From contig CAYTJQ010000006.1 of assembly GCA_964438205.1 (NCBI GenBank), positions 19,594 through 83,593 on the forward strand: DNA of 64,000 nucleotides, given 5' to 3'. This DNA is from an uncultured Alteromonadaceae bacterium (lineage in GTDB: Bacteria > Pseudomonadota > Gammaproteobacteria > Pseudomonadales > Halieaceae). Both the position numbers and the translations under genes were made by a program. Positions 29,826-40,395 of this stretch are shown here, piece by piece. The number at the start of each line of letters is the position of its first letter. Position 1 is the first letter of the stretch. The notes under the pieces are model-generated. The model worked only from the letters and a program-made list of their open reading frames with translations, was not told the origin of the DNA and ran no database searches.

Positions 29826-32800
29826 CCCTAGCGGACGCGGCTGCACGGCGCGCGGCTATTGATCCGGCCGCCAGTGTCTGCGTGAGCGCGCCGGCGGGGT
29901 CCGGCAAGACGGAGCTGCTGATCCAGCGCTTCCTCGGGCTCCTCGCCCGCGTGGAGCACCCGGAGGCGGTGCTCGCCATCACCTTCACCCGCAAGGCAGC
30001 CGCGGAGATGCGCGAGCGCATCCTCGGCGCCCTGGCGGAGGCCGCCCGCGCAACCCCTGTCGAGAGCGACCACGGCCTGCTTACCCGGACGCTCGCCGAT
30101 CGTGCCCTGGCCCGGGACCGGGACGCCGGCTGGCGGCTGCTCGACAACGGCAACCGGCTGCGCGTGCGCACCATCGACAGCTTCTGCGCGGAACTGGCCC
30201 GGCAGATGCCGCTGCTCAGTAACCTGGGCGGTTCCGTTGCCACCGTGGACGATGCCAGCGAGCTGTACCGGGAGGCGGCCGAGGGCCTGCTCGCGGGCCT
30301 CGACCGCACGCCGGACCAGAACCCGGACCTGGCTGCGCTTCTGGTGCACCTCGACAATCACTGGGAGCGCCTCGCGACCCTGCTCGCCTCGCTGCTGGCC
30401 CGCCGGGACCAGTGGCTCAGCTACCTGGGGGCGCACCGCGACGAGGCGTCCTCCGAGGCGTTCCTCCGCGGGGCGCTGCACGCCCTCGCCGGCGACGTGC
30501 TCGGTGACCTCGCCGAGCGCTTCCGGCCCGCGGCTGCCACGCTCGGGCCGTTGCTGGCGCGGCGCCGGGCAGCGGGGGAGGGCGTGCGCCTCGACGGCAT
30601 GCCGGCCCCTGTGGCCGACGCGCTGCCGGCCTGGCGGGAACTGGCCGACGTTCTACTGACCAATGACGGCACCTGGCGCAAGCGCGTCACCAAGGCCCAG
30701 GGGTTCCCGGGCGGCGGCAAGGTCGAGGCCGTGGCGGCCATGAACGCCTGGCTGGAGGCTGCGGCGGCGGATACGGCCCTCGCAGCCGCGCTGGCCAGGG
30801 TGCGCATCCTGCCCTCGCCGGAGGACGCGGGCGCCTGGCCGATCCTCGCCAGCCTGGCCCGGCTGCTGCCCCGGGCCGTGGCCCAGCTGTACCTCGTCTT
30901 CCAGCGCCGCGGTGCCGTAGACCACTCGCAGATGGCGCTCGCCGCGCTCGACGCGCTCGGCGAGGACGACGCCCCGACGGACCTGGCGCTGCGCCTCGAC
31001 TACCGGATCGAGCACATCCTGGTCGATGAGTTCCAGGATACGTCCATCAAGCAGTACGAACTGGTGCGGCGCCTCACCCGCGACTGGGCCGAGCACAACG
31101 CGGCCAACCCGGGCGCCCCGCGCACGGTGCTCGTGGTCGGTGACGGCATGCAGTCCATCTACGGCTTCCGGGATGCCAATGTGAGCCTGTTCCTCCGGGC
31201 GCGCGACGAGGGCTTCAACGGCCTTCGCCTCACCCCGCTGCAACTCGCCAGCAACTTCCGCTCTGCGCGCCCCGTGGTGGACTGGGTGAACGACCAGTTT
31301 GCGGCGGCCTTTCCGCCGGAAGACGACGTCGTCGCGGGGCGGATCCGCTACACGTCCGCGGTGCCGACCCGGGAGGGCCCGGGGGGTGTTGCCGTGCACT
31401 GCTTCCGCGGCGAAGAAGGAGCGGACCTGGTAGCCGCCGAGGCCGACTTCGTGGCCGCCGGCGTGCTCGCAGCGCTCGATGCCGCGCCCGGCGAGAGCTG
31501 TGCCGTCCTCGGCCGCACCCGCCGCCAGCTGCAGCCGGTGCTGTCCCGGCTGCGGGCGGCCGGCGCCCCCGTCGCCGCGCAGGATGTGGATGCGCTCGCC
31601 AGCCGCCCGGTGATCAGGGACCTGCTTGTCCTCTGCCGCGCCCTGGCGGACCGCTACGACCGCCTGGCCTGGTTCTCGCTCCTGCGCGCCCCCTGGTGCG
31701 GACTGTGCCTTGCCGACCTGCTCGCCGTGCACCGGGCCACGGACCGTGGCACGGTGGCCCGCTGGCTGTTCGGCGATCGCGCGGCCCCGGGGCTCAGCGA
31801 CGATGGCGCGGCCCGCGTTGCGGCGCTCGGCGCGGTGCTCGGTCGCGCCGAGGCGACCCGCGACCGGCGGGGGCTGCGCGGCTGGCTGGAAACGACCTGG
31901 GTCGCCCTCGGTGGCCCCGCCTGCTACCCGCCGGAAAGCGCTAGCGCTGCCGCCCAGTTCTTCGCCCTGGTCGAGCGGGCCGATGCCGAGACCGCCGGCC
32001 TCGATGTGGCCTGGCTCGAACGCGAGGTCGGCCGCCTCTACGCCGAACCCGGCGATCCCCGGGCCAGCGTACAGGTGATGACCCTGCACAAGGCCAAGGG
32101 CCTGGAGTTCGACCGGGTCTGGCTCCTCGATATCGCCGGTGGCACCCGCGCTGATGACCGCGAGCTCCTCGCCTGGGACCAGCACGTGACCCGCGCGGGC
32201 GAGCGCTTCTTCCTGCTGGCGGCGGAGGATCACAGCGACCGGCGCTCCCCGAGCCTCTACCAGTACCTGCGCGAGGAGGCGACCGTAAAGCGTAGCCTGG
32301 AGGCCACGCGGCTGCTGTACGTCGGCGCCACGCGGGCAGTGCGCGAGCTGGTGCTCTGCGCCCGGCCGGGCTGGGATGACAGGCGGGAAAGCTATCGTGC
32401 CCCCGCGGCGGGGACGCTGGCAGCTGCGCTCTGGCCCCGCCTTCTGGATGGCGCCGTGGACCATGTCGTCGCTGCCGCGCCCCCGCCGACGGGCGACGGA
32501 CCACCGCCGCTGGAGCGTTTCGCCGCACCGGCGGCGGCGCCCGATGTGCCGCTGTCGGAAGCGCCGGCGGTGGAGAATCCGCTGGAACCTGCCGGCCTGC
32601 GCGAACGCTGCATCGGTACCGCCGTGCACCGCGTCCTCGAAGCCCTTGCCGGCAGTGCTTCCCTGCCGGCGCGCTGCGGCGAGGCCGAACGGCACCTGGC
32701 AATGCTGTCGCTGGCGCAGGCGGGCCTGCCCGCCGCCGTGCAGGAAGAGGCCCTCGACGAGGTCATCGAGCATGTCGATCGCACCCTCGCTGACGAGGAT

Positions 32801-33118
32801 GGCCGCTGGGTGCTCGGGGCGCACCCCGGGGGCGCGACCGAATGGTCGCTAACGGCCCTCGACGACGCCGGCCAGCCGCAGCAGTTGGTGCTCGACCGGC
32901 ATTTCCGCGACCCCGCAAGCGGCGGGCACTGGATCATCGACTACAAGACGAGCCGCCCGCTGCCCGGCGAGCCGGCGGAGGCCTTCGCGGCGCGGGAGGC
33001 CGACGCCCATGCCGCTCAGCTGGCACGCTACCGGGACGCGCTCGCCGCCTTGGTCGCCGGCCCGGTGCACTGTGCACTGTACTTCACGGCTCTCGGGCGC
33101 CTGCGGCGCCTTCCGTAG
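29822..33118 (+). CDS. AddA-like UvrD/Rep-family helicase with C-terminal nuclease
   Basis: 1098 aa with Walker A SAPAGSGKTELL, UvrD motifs (DEFQDTS, TLHKAKGLEFD) and the C-terminal nuclease motif IIDYKTS. Confidence 0.8.
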   Translation: MTLADAAARRAAIDPAASVCVSAPAGSGKTELLIQRFLGLLARVEHPEAVLAITFTRKAAAEMRERILGALAEAARATPVESDHGLLTRTLADRALARDRDAGWRLLDNGNRLRVRTIDSFCAELARQMPLLSNLGGSVATVDDASELYREAAEGLLAGLDRTPDQNPDLAALLVHLDNHWERLATLLASLLARRDQWLSYLGAHRDEASSEAFLRGALHALAGDVLGDLAERFRPAAATLGPLLARRRAAGEGVRLDGMPAPVADALPAWRELADVLLTNDGTWRKRVTKAQGFPGGGKVEAVAAMNAWLEAAAADTALAAALARVRILPSPEDAGAWPILASLARLLPRAVAQLYLVFQRRGAVDHSQMALAALDALGEDDAPTDLALRLDYRIEHILVDEFQDTSIKQYELVRRLTRDWAEHNAANPGAPRTVLVVGDGMQSIYGFRDANVSLFLRARDEGFNGLRLTPLQLASNFRSARPVVDWVNDQFAAAFPPEDDVVAGRIRYTSAVPTREGPGGVAVHCFRGEEGADLVAAEADFVAAGVLAALDAAPGESCAVLGRTRRQLQPVLSRLRAAGAPVAAQDVDALASRPVIRDLLVLCRALADRYDRLAWFSLLRAPWCGLCLADLLAVHRATDRGTVARWLFGDRAAPGLSDDGAARVAALGAVLGRAEATRDRRGLRGWLETTWVALGGPACYPPESASAAAQFFALVERADAETAGLDVAWLEREVGRLYAEPGDPRASVQVMTLHKAKGLEFDRVWLLDIAGGTRADDRELLAWDQHVTRAGERFFLLAAEDHSDRRSPSLYQYLREEATVKRSLEATRLLYVGATRAVRELVLCARPGWDDRRESYRAPAAGTLAAALWPRLLDGAVDHVVAAAPPPTGDGPPPLERFAAPAAAPDVPLSEAPAVENPLEPAGLRERCIGTAVHRVLEALAGSASLPARCGEAERHLAMLSLAQAGLPAAVQEEALDEVIEHVDRTLADEDGRWVLGAHPGGATEWSLTALDDAGQPQQLVLDRHFRDPASGGHWIIDYKTSRPLPGEPAEAFAAREADAHAAQLARYRDALAALVAGPVHCALYFTALGRLRRLP

Positions 33119-33187
33119 GTGCGCTGCGCTTCCCCCGGTCCCTGCTGCCGCTATACTGGTGTCGCCTTTCGTCCGAGGAGTTTCCCC

Positions 33188-34327
33188 ATGCCTTCCAGCC
33201 TTCGCATGCTGACGGCCCTGTTGTGCAGCTCGCTGGCGCTCGTTGCCTGCGGTCAGCGCGACGGCGGGGCGCCCGCAGAACCGGCCGCACGGCCCGTGCG
33301 CACGCTTGTCGTTGGAGACAGCGCGGGCAGCGAACTGCGTCGCTTTCCCGGGCGGGTGGAGGCGACGCAGCAGGCGGAGCTGTCCTTCCGCGTGGCCGGC
33401 CAGCTGCGGGAGGTCCTGGTCCGGGAGGGGGACCGGGTCGAGGCCGGCAGCGTCATCGCCCGCCTGGACCCCACGGACTTCGAGACGGCGCTGGCCGACC
33501 GGCAGGCGACCTTCGACAACGCCGAGCGCAATTACCGGCGCGCCAGCGAGCTGGTCGAGAGCGGCAGCATTTCGCGCCTCGACTACGACCGCATGGAAGC
33601 GCAGTTCCGCAGCGCCGAGGCCGCCCTCGAGCAGGCCCGGAACAACCTCGCGTACACGGAGCTCCGCGCCCCGTTCACCGGCCGCATCGCCCAGCGCCTG
33701 GTGGAGAACTTCGAGGAGGTGCAGGCGCGGCAGCCGGTATTCTACCTGCAGGGTGACCAGCAGCTCGACGTGGTCATCGACCTGCCGGAGACGATCATCC
33801 GCCAGGTGCGCCGCGGCGATGCCGTGGCCATGGAGGAAGATGTTGCCACGTCCGAGGCCGCCCGGGTCCGGGCCTGGGCGACGTTCAATGACCACCCGGA
33901 GCTACGGCTGCCGCTCACGCTGCGCGAAGTGGCCACCCGGGCCGATGCGTCGACACAGACCTACCGCGTGACCTTCAGCATGCCGCCACCGTCGGCCTTC
34001 ACCGTGCTCCCGGGCATGACCGCGGAAGTGGCGGTCGATTTTTCGCCGCTGCTCTCCGATGACAAGGTGTTCTGGCTGCCGGCGCCGGCGGTGCAGGCCG
34101 ATGCGTCGCTCGCCGCGCAGGTCTGGGTCTATGACAGCCAGTCCGGCACCGTGAGCGCGCGGCGGGTTGAGACCGGTCGCCTTGCGGACGATCGCATCCA
34201 GGTGCTTTCGGGGCTGGACGGTGGGGAGGAGGTCGTCGCCGTAGGGGCGCCGTACCTCTCCGAGGGCATGCGCGTACGGCCGATGCCACAGCTGGAACAG
34301 GCCGAACCCCGCCCCGGTGATCGGTGA
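33188..34327 (+). CDS. RND efflux periplasmic adaptor (MFP) lipoprotein
   Basis: Start MPSSLRMLTALLCSSLALVAC (lipobox) with GAGGAG upstream; HlyD-like coiled-coil region. The track ORF is trimmed from 33119. Confidence 0.85.
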   Translation: MPSSLRMLTALLCSSLALVACGQRDGGAPAEPAARPVRTLVVGDSAGSELRRFPGRVEATQQAELSFRVAGQLREVLVREGDRVEAGSVIARLDPTDFETALADRQATFDNAERNYRRASELVESGSISRLDYDRMEAQFRSAEAALEQARNNLAYTELRAPFTGRIAQRLVENFEEVQARQPVFYLQGDQQLDVVIDLPETIIRQVRRGDAVAMEEDVATSEAARVRAWATFNDHPELRLPLTLREVATRADASTQTYRVTFSMPPPSAFTVLPGMTAEVAVDFSPLLSDDKVFWLPAPAVQADASLAAQVWVYDSQSGTVSARRVETGRLADDRIQVLSGLDGGEEVVAVGAPYLSEGMRVRPMPQLEQAEPRPGDR

Positions 34328-34337
34328 GGGGCGCCCC

Positions 34338-37300
34338 GTGAGCAATATCGGAACGTGGTCTGTCGACAATCGCGTCAGTGCCTGGCTGCTGGTCCTCGTA
34401 CTCCTCGGCGGGGGCTACTGGGGCTTTCTCAACATGGGCAAGCTCGAGGATCCGGCCTTTACCATCAAGATGGCCAAGATCCTCACCCCGTACCCCGGGG
34501 CCACGGCGCGCGAGGTGCAGGAGGAGCTGACCTATCACCTCGAAGATGCGCTGCAGCGACTGCCGCAGCTGAAGCGCATCAAGATGTCGGTATCGAGGCC
34601 CGGGCTCTCGGATATCACCATCGAGTTCAAGGACAGCTACAGCGCGTCGGAGATGCCGGACATCTTCGATGAACTGCGGCGCAAGGTGGCCGACGTGCGC
34701 CGGCAGCTGCCACCCGGCGCCGGCGAGCCGATGGTCATCGACGACTTCGGCGACGTCTACGGCGTCTATCTCATGCTCACGGGCAAGGGCTACAGCTGGC
34801 GCGACCTCTACGATACCGCCGACGCCCTCAAGCGCGAGCTGGTCCTGGTACCGGGGGTGCGCAAGGTGTCCATCGACGGGGTGCAGGAGGAAGTCGTCTA
34901 CGTGGACATCAGCCGGGCGCGGCTCGGCGAAATTGGCATTTCGCCGAAGCAGCTCTCCGCCGTGCTCGGCTCACAGAACAGCGTGGTCGATGCGGGCAAC
35001 ATGCCCCTCGGTGACGAATACCTGCGCCTGAGCCCCACCGGCGCCTACGGCTCGGTGCAGGCCATGGGCGCTACGCTGATCGGCTCCGACGAAGGGCGCC
35101 TCGTGCGTCTGCGCGACGTGGCGCAGCTCACCCGTGCCTATCGCGAAGTGCCGCGCAAACTCTATTACGTGAACGGTGAGCCGGGGCTCAGCCTGGGCAT
35201 TTCCATGGCGGCCGGCCAGAACGTCGTGGAGGTAGGCCGGGCACTCCGCGGGCGCTTCGAGGAACTGCGGTCCAGCATCCCCGTGGGCATGCACCTGGAG
35301 GCGGTCTACAGCCAGCCGACGGAGGTCGAGAACTCGGTGGCGGGCTTTATCATCAGCGTCGCACAGGCCATCGCGATCGTGATCGTTGTCCTGCTGCTCT
35401 TCATGGGTCTGCGCGTCGGCATCATCATCGGCGCGGTGCTGCTCATCACCGTGGCCGGGACGCTGCTCTTCATGCACCTCTACGGGATCGAGCTGCAGCG
35501 GATCTCCCTCGGTGCGCTGGTCATCGCCCTGGGCATGCTCGTGGACAACGCCATCGTGGTCGCCGAGGGCATGCAGGTGCGTATGCAGGCGGGCGCGAGT
35601 GCCCGCGGCGCCGCGGGCGAAGCGGTGGGCAAGACCATGGTGCCGCTGCTGGGCGGTACGGCGATCGGCATCCTCGCGTTCTCGCCCATTGCCCTGTCGA
35701 CGGACAACACGGGGGAATTCGCGGGCTCGCTGTTCTGGGTGATCCTCATCTCCCTTGCCCTGTCCTGGGTGACGGCGGTGAGCTCCACGCCGCTGCTCTT
35801 CGCGCTGTTGATGAAGGAGGCACCGCCGGCGGCAGCGGGTGCCTACGACGGGCGGCTCTTCCGCGGCTACCGGCGCCTGCTGGCACAGGCCCTGCGGTAC
35901 CGCTGGCTGACCGTAGGCGGCGTGTCGCTGCTCTTCGTGGCGGCTGTGATCGGCTTCGGGCAGGTCAAGGCGGGTTTCTTCCCCGCTTCGAGCACACCGC
36001 TGTTCTTCGTCGACCTCTGGGAGCCGGAGGGTACGGATATCCGCCGCACCCGCGATGATGCCCGGGCCGTGAGCGCCTGGCTGGCCGAACAGCCGGGGGT
36101 GACGCAGGCAGCCGCGGTCATCGGCGGGCCGCACCAGCGCTTCACCCTCGTCTATGACGCCAAGGAGCCGTCCCCGGTCTATGCGCAGGTGATCGTGCGC
36201 ACGGAAACGCTCGGGCAGATCGCGCCGCTGCGAGCCCGCCTCGAAGCGATGCTGGCCCGGGAAATGCCCTGGCTCGACCCGCTGGTCAAGCCGCTGCGCA
36301 TGGGGCCCGGGCGCGATGCGAAGATCGAGGCGCGCTTCTCCGGCCCGGACCCGGTGGAGCTGCGCCGCCTGGCCGAAGAGGCCAAGCAGATCATGCGGGC
36401 GGACCCGGGCGCCCGTGACGTTCGCGACGACTGGCGTTCGCCGGTGAAGGTCCTGCGCCCCGTCTTCAACGAGCAGGTAGCGCGACGGCTCGGCATCAGC
36501 CGCGAGGACCTGGGCAGGGCGCTCAAGTACGGTCATGACGGGTCGGCCGCCGGCACTTTCCGCGACGGCAACCGGGTTCTCCCCATTTATCTCCGGGCGG
36601 CCGCCGGCGACCGCGACGATATTGCCAACCTGCGTGACCTGCAGGTCTGGAGCCCGGCGCTCGGCCGTTCCATCCCGATCACGCAGGTGGTCAGCAGCTT
36701 CGAGACACACTGGGAAAACGCCGTCATCCGCGGCCGGAACCGGCAACAGACCATCATTGCATCCTGCAACCCGGTCGGCGAACTGACGGACCCGCTCTTC
36801 GCGCGGCTGCGTCCGCAGATCGCGGCGATCGAGCTGCCGCCGGGCTACAGCCTGAGCTGGGGCGGGGAGTTCGAGGATGCGAGCAACGCCCAGGGCGGCT
36901 TGTTCAGTGTATTCCCCGCCGGTGTGCTGCTCATGGTGCTGACGACCGTGCTGCTGTTCGGCAAGCTGCGCCAGCCCCTCATCATCTGGCTCACCGTGCC
37001 CCTGGCCATCGTCGGTATTACTGCGGGACTCCTGGTCGCCGATGGCGCCTTCGACTTCATGTCGCTGCTCGGCGGCCTGTCGCTCATCGGACTGCTGATC
37101 AAGAACGCCATTGTTCTCATCGAGGAGATGGACCAGCAGCTGGCCGAGGGCAACGGGCTCCAGGAGGGCATCCTCGACGCGGCTGTGAGCCGCCTTCGCC
37201 CGGTGATCCTCGCCGCGGCGACGACGATCCTCGGCCTCATCCCGCTACTCGGCGACGTGTTCTTCGTGAACATGGCGGTGACCATCATGGCGGGGCTGGG

Positions 37301-37412
37301 TTTCGCGTCGCTGTTGACGCTGTTCGTGGTGCCGACGCTGTATGCGCTGTTCTTCAGTGTCGGGAAGGTGCCGGAAAGGGCACCTGGCGAAGCGCCCGGG
37401 AACGTGGGCTAG
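34338..37412 (+). CDS. RND efflux permease (AcrB/AcrD/AcrF family)
   Basis: About 1024 aa with 12-TM architecture and two large periplasmic loops. The start is uncertain: GTG 34338 after GAGGGG, or GTG 34317. Confidence 0.9.
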   Translation: MSNIGTWSVDNRVSAWLLVLVLLGGGYWGFLNMGKLEDPAFTIKMAKILTPYPGATAREVQEELTYHLEDALQRLPQLKRIKMSVSRPGLSDITIEFKDSYSASEMPDIFDELRRKVADVRRQLPPGAGEPMVIDDFGDVYGVYLMLTGKGYSWRDLYDTADALKRELVLVPGVRKVSIDGVQEEVVYVDISRARLGEIGISPKQLSAVLGSQNSVVDAGNMPLGDEYLRLSPTGAYGSVQAMGATLIGSDEGRLVRLRDVAQLTRAYREVPRKLYYVNGEPGLSLGISMAAGQNVVEVGRALRGRFEELRSSIPVGMHLEAVYSQPTEVENSVAGFIISVAQAIAIVIVVLLLFMGLRVGIIIGAVLLITVAGTLLFMHLYGIELQRISLGALVIALGMLVDNAIVVAEGMQVRMQAGASARGAAGEAVGKTMVPLLGGTAIGILAFSPIALSTDNTGEFAGSLFWVILISLALSWVTAVSSTPLLFALLMKEAPPAAAGAYDGRLFRGYRRLLAQALRYRWLTVGGVSLLFVAAVIGFGQVKAGFFPASSTPLFFVDLWEPEGTDIRRTRDDARAVSAWLAEQPGVTQAAAVIGGPHQRFTLVYDAKEPSPVYAQVIVRTETLGQIAPLRARLEAMLAREMPWLDPLVKPLRMGPGRDAKIEARFSGPDPVELRRLAEEAKQIMRADPGARDVRDDWRSPVKVLRPVFNEQVARRLGISREDLGRALKYGHDGSAAGTFRDGNRVLPIYLRAAAGDRDDIANLRDLQVWSPALGRSIPITQVVSSFETHWENAVIRGRNRQQTIIASCNPVGELTDPLFARLRPQIAAIELPPGYSLSWGGEFEDASNAQGGLFSVFPAGVLLMVLTTVLLFGKLRQPLIIWLTVPLAIVGITAGLLVADGAFDFMSLLGGLSLIGLLIKNAIVLIEEMDQQLAEGNGLQEGILDAAVSRLRPVILAAATTILGLIPLLGDVFFVNMAVTIMAGLGFASLLTLFVVPTLYALFFSVGKVPERAPGEAPGNVG

Positions 37413-38752
37413 CGCCCGTTGGGAAACAGGCGCAGCTGCTGGCCCGGCTGCAGGTACTGGCTCGGGTCCAGGGCGTTCCAGCTGACCAGGTCGTCGACGG
37501 TGACGTTGAAGCGGCTGGCGATCCGGTAGAGCGAGTCCCCGGCGCGGACGCGATAGCCCCGGGGCTTGCGCGGACCGGCCGCGTCCGCGAGGGCCAGGCT
37601 GTCGGGCCAGGCGGAGCCGCGCGGGATCAGCAGCGTGTCTCCGGCACGGATCAGGTGGCCATCGATGTCGTTGACCTCGCGCAGCAGGGCCACCTGTGTG
37701 TCGAAGCGGCGGGCGATGCGCACGAGGCTGTCGCCCGGCTCGATGCGGTAGTGCGCCCAGGACACCCGGTCCTCCGGCGCCAGCGAGGCGACTGCGCGCT
37801 GGAAGCGCCCGGCGCGATCCACGGGCAGGAGCAGTTCATCCCGGCCCGGGGCGCTGGCCCAGCGCAGGTGGCCCGGGTTCAGGGCCCGCAGCGTGCCCAG
37901 TTCTATCCCGGCAAGCTGGGCCGCGCGCTGAAGTTCGATCTGGCCGCCGGTGGGCACGGCCACGAAGGCCGGTGCGTTGGGGACCGGGGGCAGGTCCGCG
38001 CCGAGGGTATCGGCGTAGTATACGATGGCCGCCAGGCCGATCAGCCGCGGCACGTAGTGGCGCGTCTCCCGGGGCAGCTGCAGCGACCAGTAATCAGTTG
38101 GCCGGCCGTCGCGCTCGTTGCGCGCCACAGCCTTTGTGACACGTCCCTTGCCCGCGTTGTAGGCGGCCAGGGCGAGGAGCCAGTCGCCGTCGAAATCATC
38201 GTGGAGCGACTGCAGGTAATCGAGGGCGATGTCCGTGGCCAGGCGGACATCCAGCCGGCCGTCGTACCACCAGTCCCGGGCCATGCCCAGGTAATCGGCC
38301 GTGGCCGGCATGATCTGCCACAGCCCGGCCGCCCGCTGCGGCGATACCGCGTAGGGGTTGAGGGTGCTCTCCACCAGCGGCAGCAGCGCCAGCTCCGCCG
38401 GCATGCCCCGTGCCTCGACGGCCTCGACGATGTGGAACAGGTAATTGCCCGCGCGCTCACCGACCACCGACAGGTAGCGTGGCTGGGACAGGAAGTGGTC
38501 CCGGGCGCGGGCGACCTGGGCATTGTGGATGTCGTGCCAGGTGAGTTCGCGCCGCAGCCGTTCCCAGAGGTCCTCGGGTGGCGGCAGGGGTGCCTCGACC
38601 GGTTCCTGTGCCGGAGCCGACACCAGGAGGTCCTCACCGGCGTGGGCGTTGTCCTGCGCGACCTCCGCGCCGACCGGCCCCAGGGCCTGGCAGGCGCCGA
38701 GCAGGAGCACCGCCAGGGCGGCGAGGCAAAGCCGGAGCAGCTGCTGCGCCAT
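37409..38752 (-). CDS. mltD: Membrane-bound lytic murein transglycosylase D
   Basis: Lipobox LLLGAC, SLT domain (ESTLNPYAVS...GLWQIMPATADYLG) and two LysM repeats (YRIEPGDSLVRIARRF; YRVRAGDSLYRIASRF). Confidence 0.88.
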   Translation of the reverse strand: MAQQLLRLCLAALAVLLLGACQALGPVGAEVAQDNAHAGEDLLVSAPAQEPVEAPLPPPEDLWERLRRELTWHDIHNAQVARARDHFLSQPRYLSVVGERAGNYLFHIVEAVEARGMPAELALLPLVESTLNPYAVSPQRAAGLWQIMPATADYLGMARDWWYDGRLDVRLATDIALDYLQSLHDDFDGDWLLALAAYNAGKGRVTKAVARNERDGRPTDYWSLQLPRETRHYVPRLIGLAAIVYYADTLGADLPPVPNAPAFVAVPTGGQIELQRAAQLAGIELGTLRALNPGHLRWASAPGRDELLLPVDRAGRFQRAVASLAPEDRVSWAHYRIEPGDSLVRIARRFDTQVALLREVNDIDGHLIRAGDTLLIPRGSAWPDSLALADAAGPRKPRGYRVRAGDSLYRIASRFNVTVDDLVSWNALDPSQYLQPGQQLRLFPNGR

Positions 38753-38755
38753 GGT

Positions 38756-39526
38756 TCAGAAATTGTCCTTCCAGGCGCGGAGCTGGGTAAAACGGCCGAC
38801 GCTGTCTCCCGCGGGCGCCTGGCCCGCGTCGCTGAGGCCGGCCAGGATGCCGTCGGCGTCGGGCCGCAGGAAAGGGTTGGTCTCGCGCTCGAGCGCGATG
38901 GACGACGGTACCGTTGGCTCGTCGCGCTCGCGCCGTTCGCGGACGTCGGCGACGCGGGCGGCCAGGGCCGCGTTCGCCGGCTCGGCGGCGATGGCGAAGG
39001 CGAGGTTTGCCTGGGTGTACTCGTGGGCGCAGTAGACCGCCGTTTCCGGCGGCAGGGCTGCGAGCCGCTGCAGCGAGGCGTGCATCATCGCCGGCGTACC
39101 CTCGAAGAGCCGGCCGCAGCCGCCGGCGAAGAGGGTGTCACCGCAGAACAGCACGGGGGTCGGCGACGCCGCGAAGTAGGCGATGTGGTCCAGGGTATGG
39201 CCCGGTACCGTGAGCACCTCGAAGGTGACGCCGAGGACCGTGACCGCGTCACCGTCGCGCAGGCGGCGGTCGATGAAGGGGAGGCCGGGGTTGTCGGGGC
39301 CGTACACCGTGCAGCCGGTTTCCGCCTTCAGCGCCTCGACGCCGCCGACGTGGTCGAAATGGTGATGGGTGACGAGGATGGCGTCGAGGGCCAGGCCCCG
39401 CGCCTCGAGGGCGGCCCGGACCGGCGCCGGGTCCCCGGGGTCGACCACGCAGGCCCTGCCGGCCCTGTCGTCAAAGAGCCAGATGTAGTTGTCGCTGAAG
39501 GCGCGCAGGGGCTCGATCGTGGCCAT
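38756..39526 (-). CDS. gloB: Hydroxyacylglutathione hydrolase (glyoxalase II)
   Basis: Start MATIEPLRAFSDNYIWLF, metal motif THHHFDHVGG. Synteny mltD-gloB. Confidence 0.9.
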   Translation of the reverse strand: MATIEPLRAFSDNYIWLFDDRAGRACVVDPGDPAPVRAALEARGLALDAILVTHHHFDHVGGVEALKAETGCTVYGPDNPGLPFIDRRLRDGDAVTVLGVTFEVLTVPGHTLDHIAYFAASPTPVLFCGDTLFAGGCGRLFEGTPAMMHASLQRLAALPPETAVYCAHEYTQANLAFAIAAEPANAALAARVADVRERRERDEPTVPSSIALERETNPFLRPDADGILAGLSDAGQAPAGDSVGRFTQLRAWKDNF

Positions 39527-39609
39527 GGGGTCCCTCGCGAAGAAAAGCGGTTGCCAAAGGCATCCCGCGCTGGCTACCCTCCTAGGCTTGGCCAGCACGT
39601 GGTGCCCGG

Positions 39610-40395
39610 ATGAACCGCGAGTTTAGCGAGATTTCCCAGCAACTGGAAACCTGGTACGCGCGCGACGGCGGCGAGTTCCTGTACGGCGCGTTGCGCGAGC
39701 GGCTGCGACCCCTGCTGGACGTGGCCTTCGGCTATCACACGCTGCAGCTCGGCCCCCTGCCCCTGCGCAACCTCCTCGGCCAGAGCCCGATCCATCACCG
39801 CGTGCTCGCCGGGGAAGAGGCGGCCGGCGGTGTCAGCCTGGTCTGCCACTGCGATGAGCTGCCGCTCGAGAGCGATAGCGTCGATATGGTCGTCGCCCTG
39901 CACACGCTCGACTTCTGCTCGACGCCGCACCAGTGCCTGCGCGAGATGCAGCGGGTGCTGACGCCCCACGGACACCTGCTGATCATCGGCTTCAACCCGG
40001 CGAGCCTGCTGGGCCTGTCGCAGCGCGTCCGCGCCCTGGTCCGCCGCGGCCCCTGGCGGGCCCTGCGCCCGGTGGGCCAGGGGCGCCTCACGGACTGGCT
40101 GCATCTGGTCGGCTGCGAACTCGAGCACTTCCACCATGTGTGCCCGCTGCCGCTCTGGGGCGGTGAGCGGCTGCGCCGCACGGTGAGCCGCGTCGATAAC
40201 TGGGCGATGCGACGGAACCTCCCCGGCGGTTCGCTCTACATCGCGCACGCGATCAAGGAAGTGCCGAACATCCGCCGGGCTCCGGAGCGCCTGGCGGTCC
40301 CGCGCCGCCTCATGGGCCTGGTGCCGAAGCCGGCTGCATCCTCCGGCGGCATGCCGCGGCATCCGCGGCGCCAGGGCAGCGATATCGCCGCATGA
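39610..40395 (+). CDS. Class I SAM-dependent methyltransferase (YafS-like position)
   Basis: 261 aa, located between gloB and rnhA as yafS is in E. coli. ATGA overlap with rnhA. Confidence 0.7.
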   Translation: MNREFSEISQQLETWYARDGGEFLYGALRERLRPLLDVAFGYHTLQLGPLPLRNLLGQSPIHHRVLAGEEAAGGVSLVCHCDELPLESDSVDMVVALHTLDFCSTPHQCLREMQRVLTPHGHLLIIGFNPASLLGLSQRVRALVRRGPWRALRPVGQGRLTDWLHLVGCELEHFHHVCPLPLWGGERLRRTVSRVDNWAMRRNLPGGSLYIAHAIKEVPNIRRAPERLAVPRRLMGLVPKPAASSGGMPRHPRRQGSDIAA

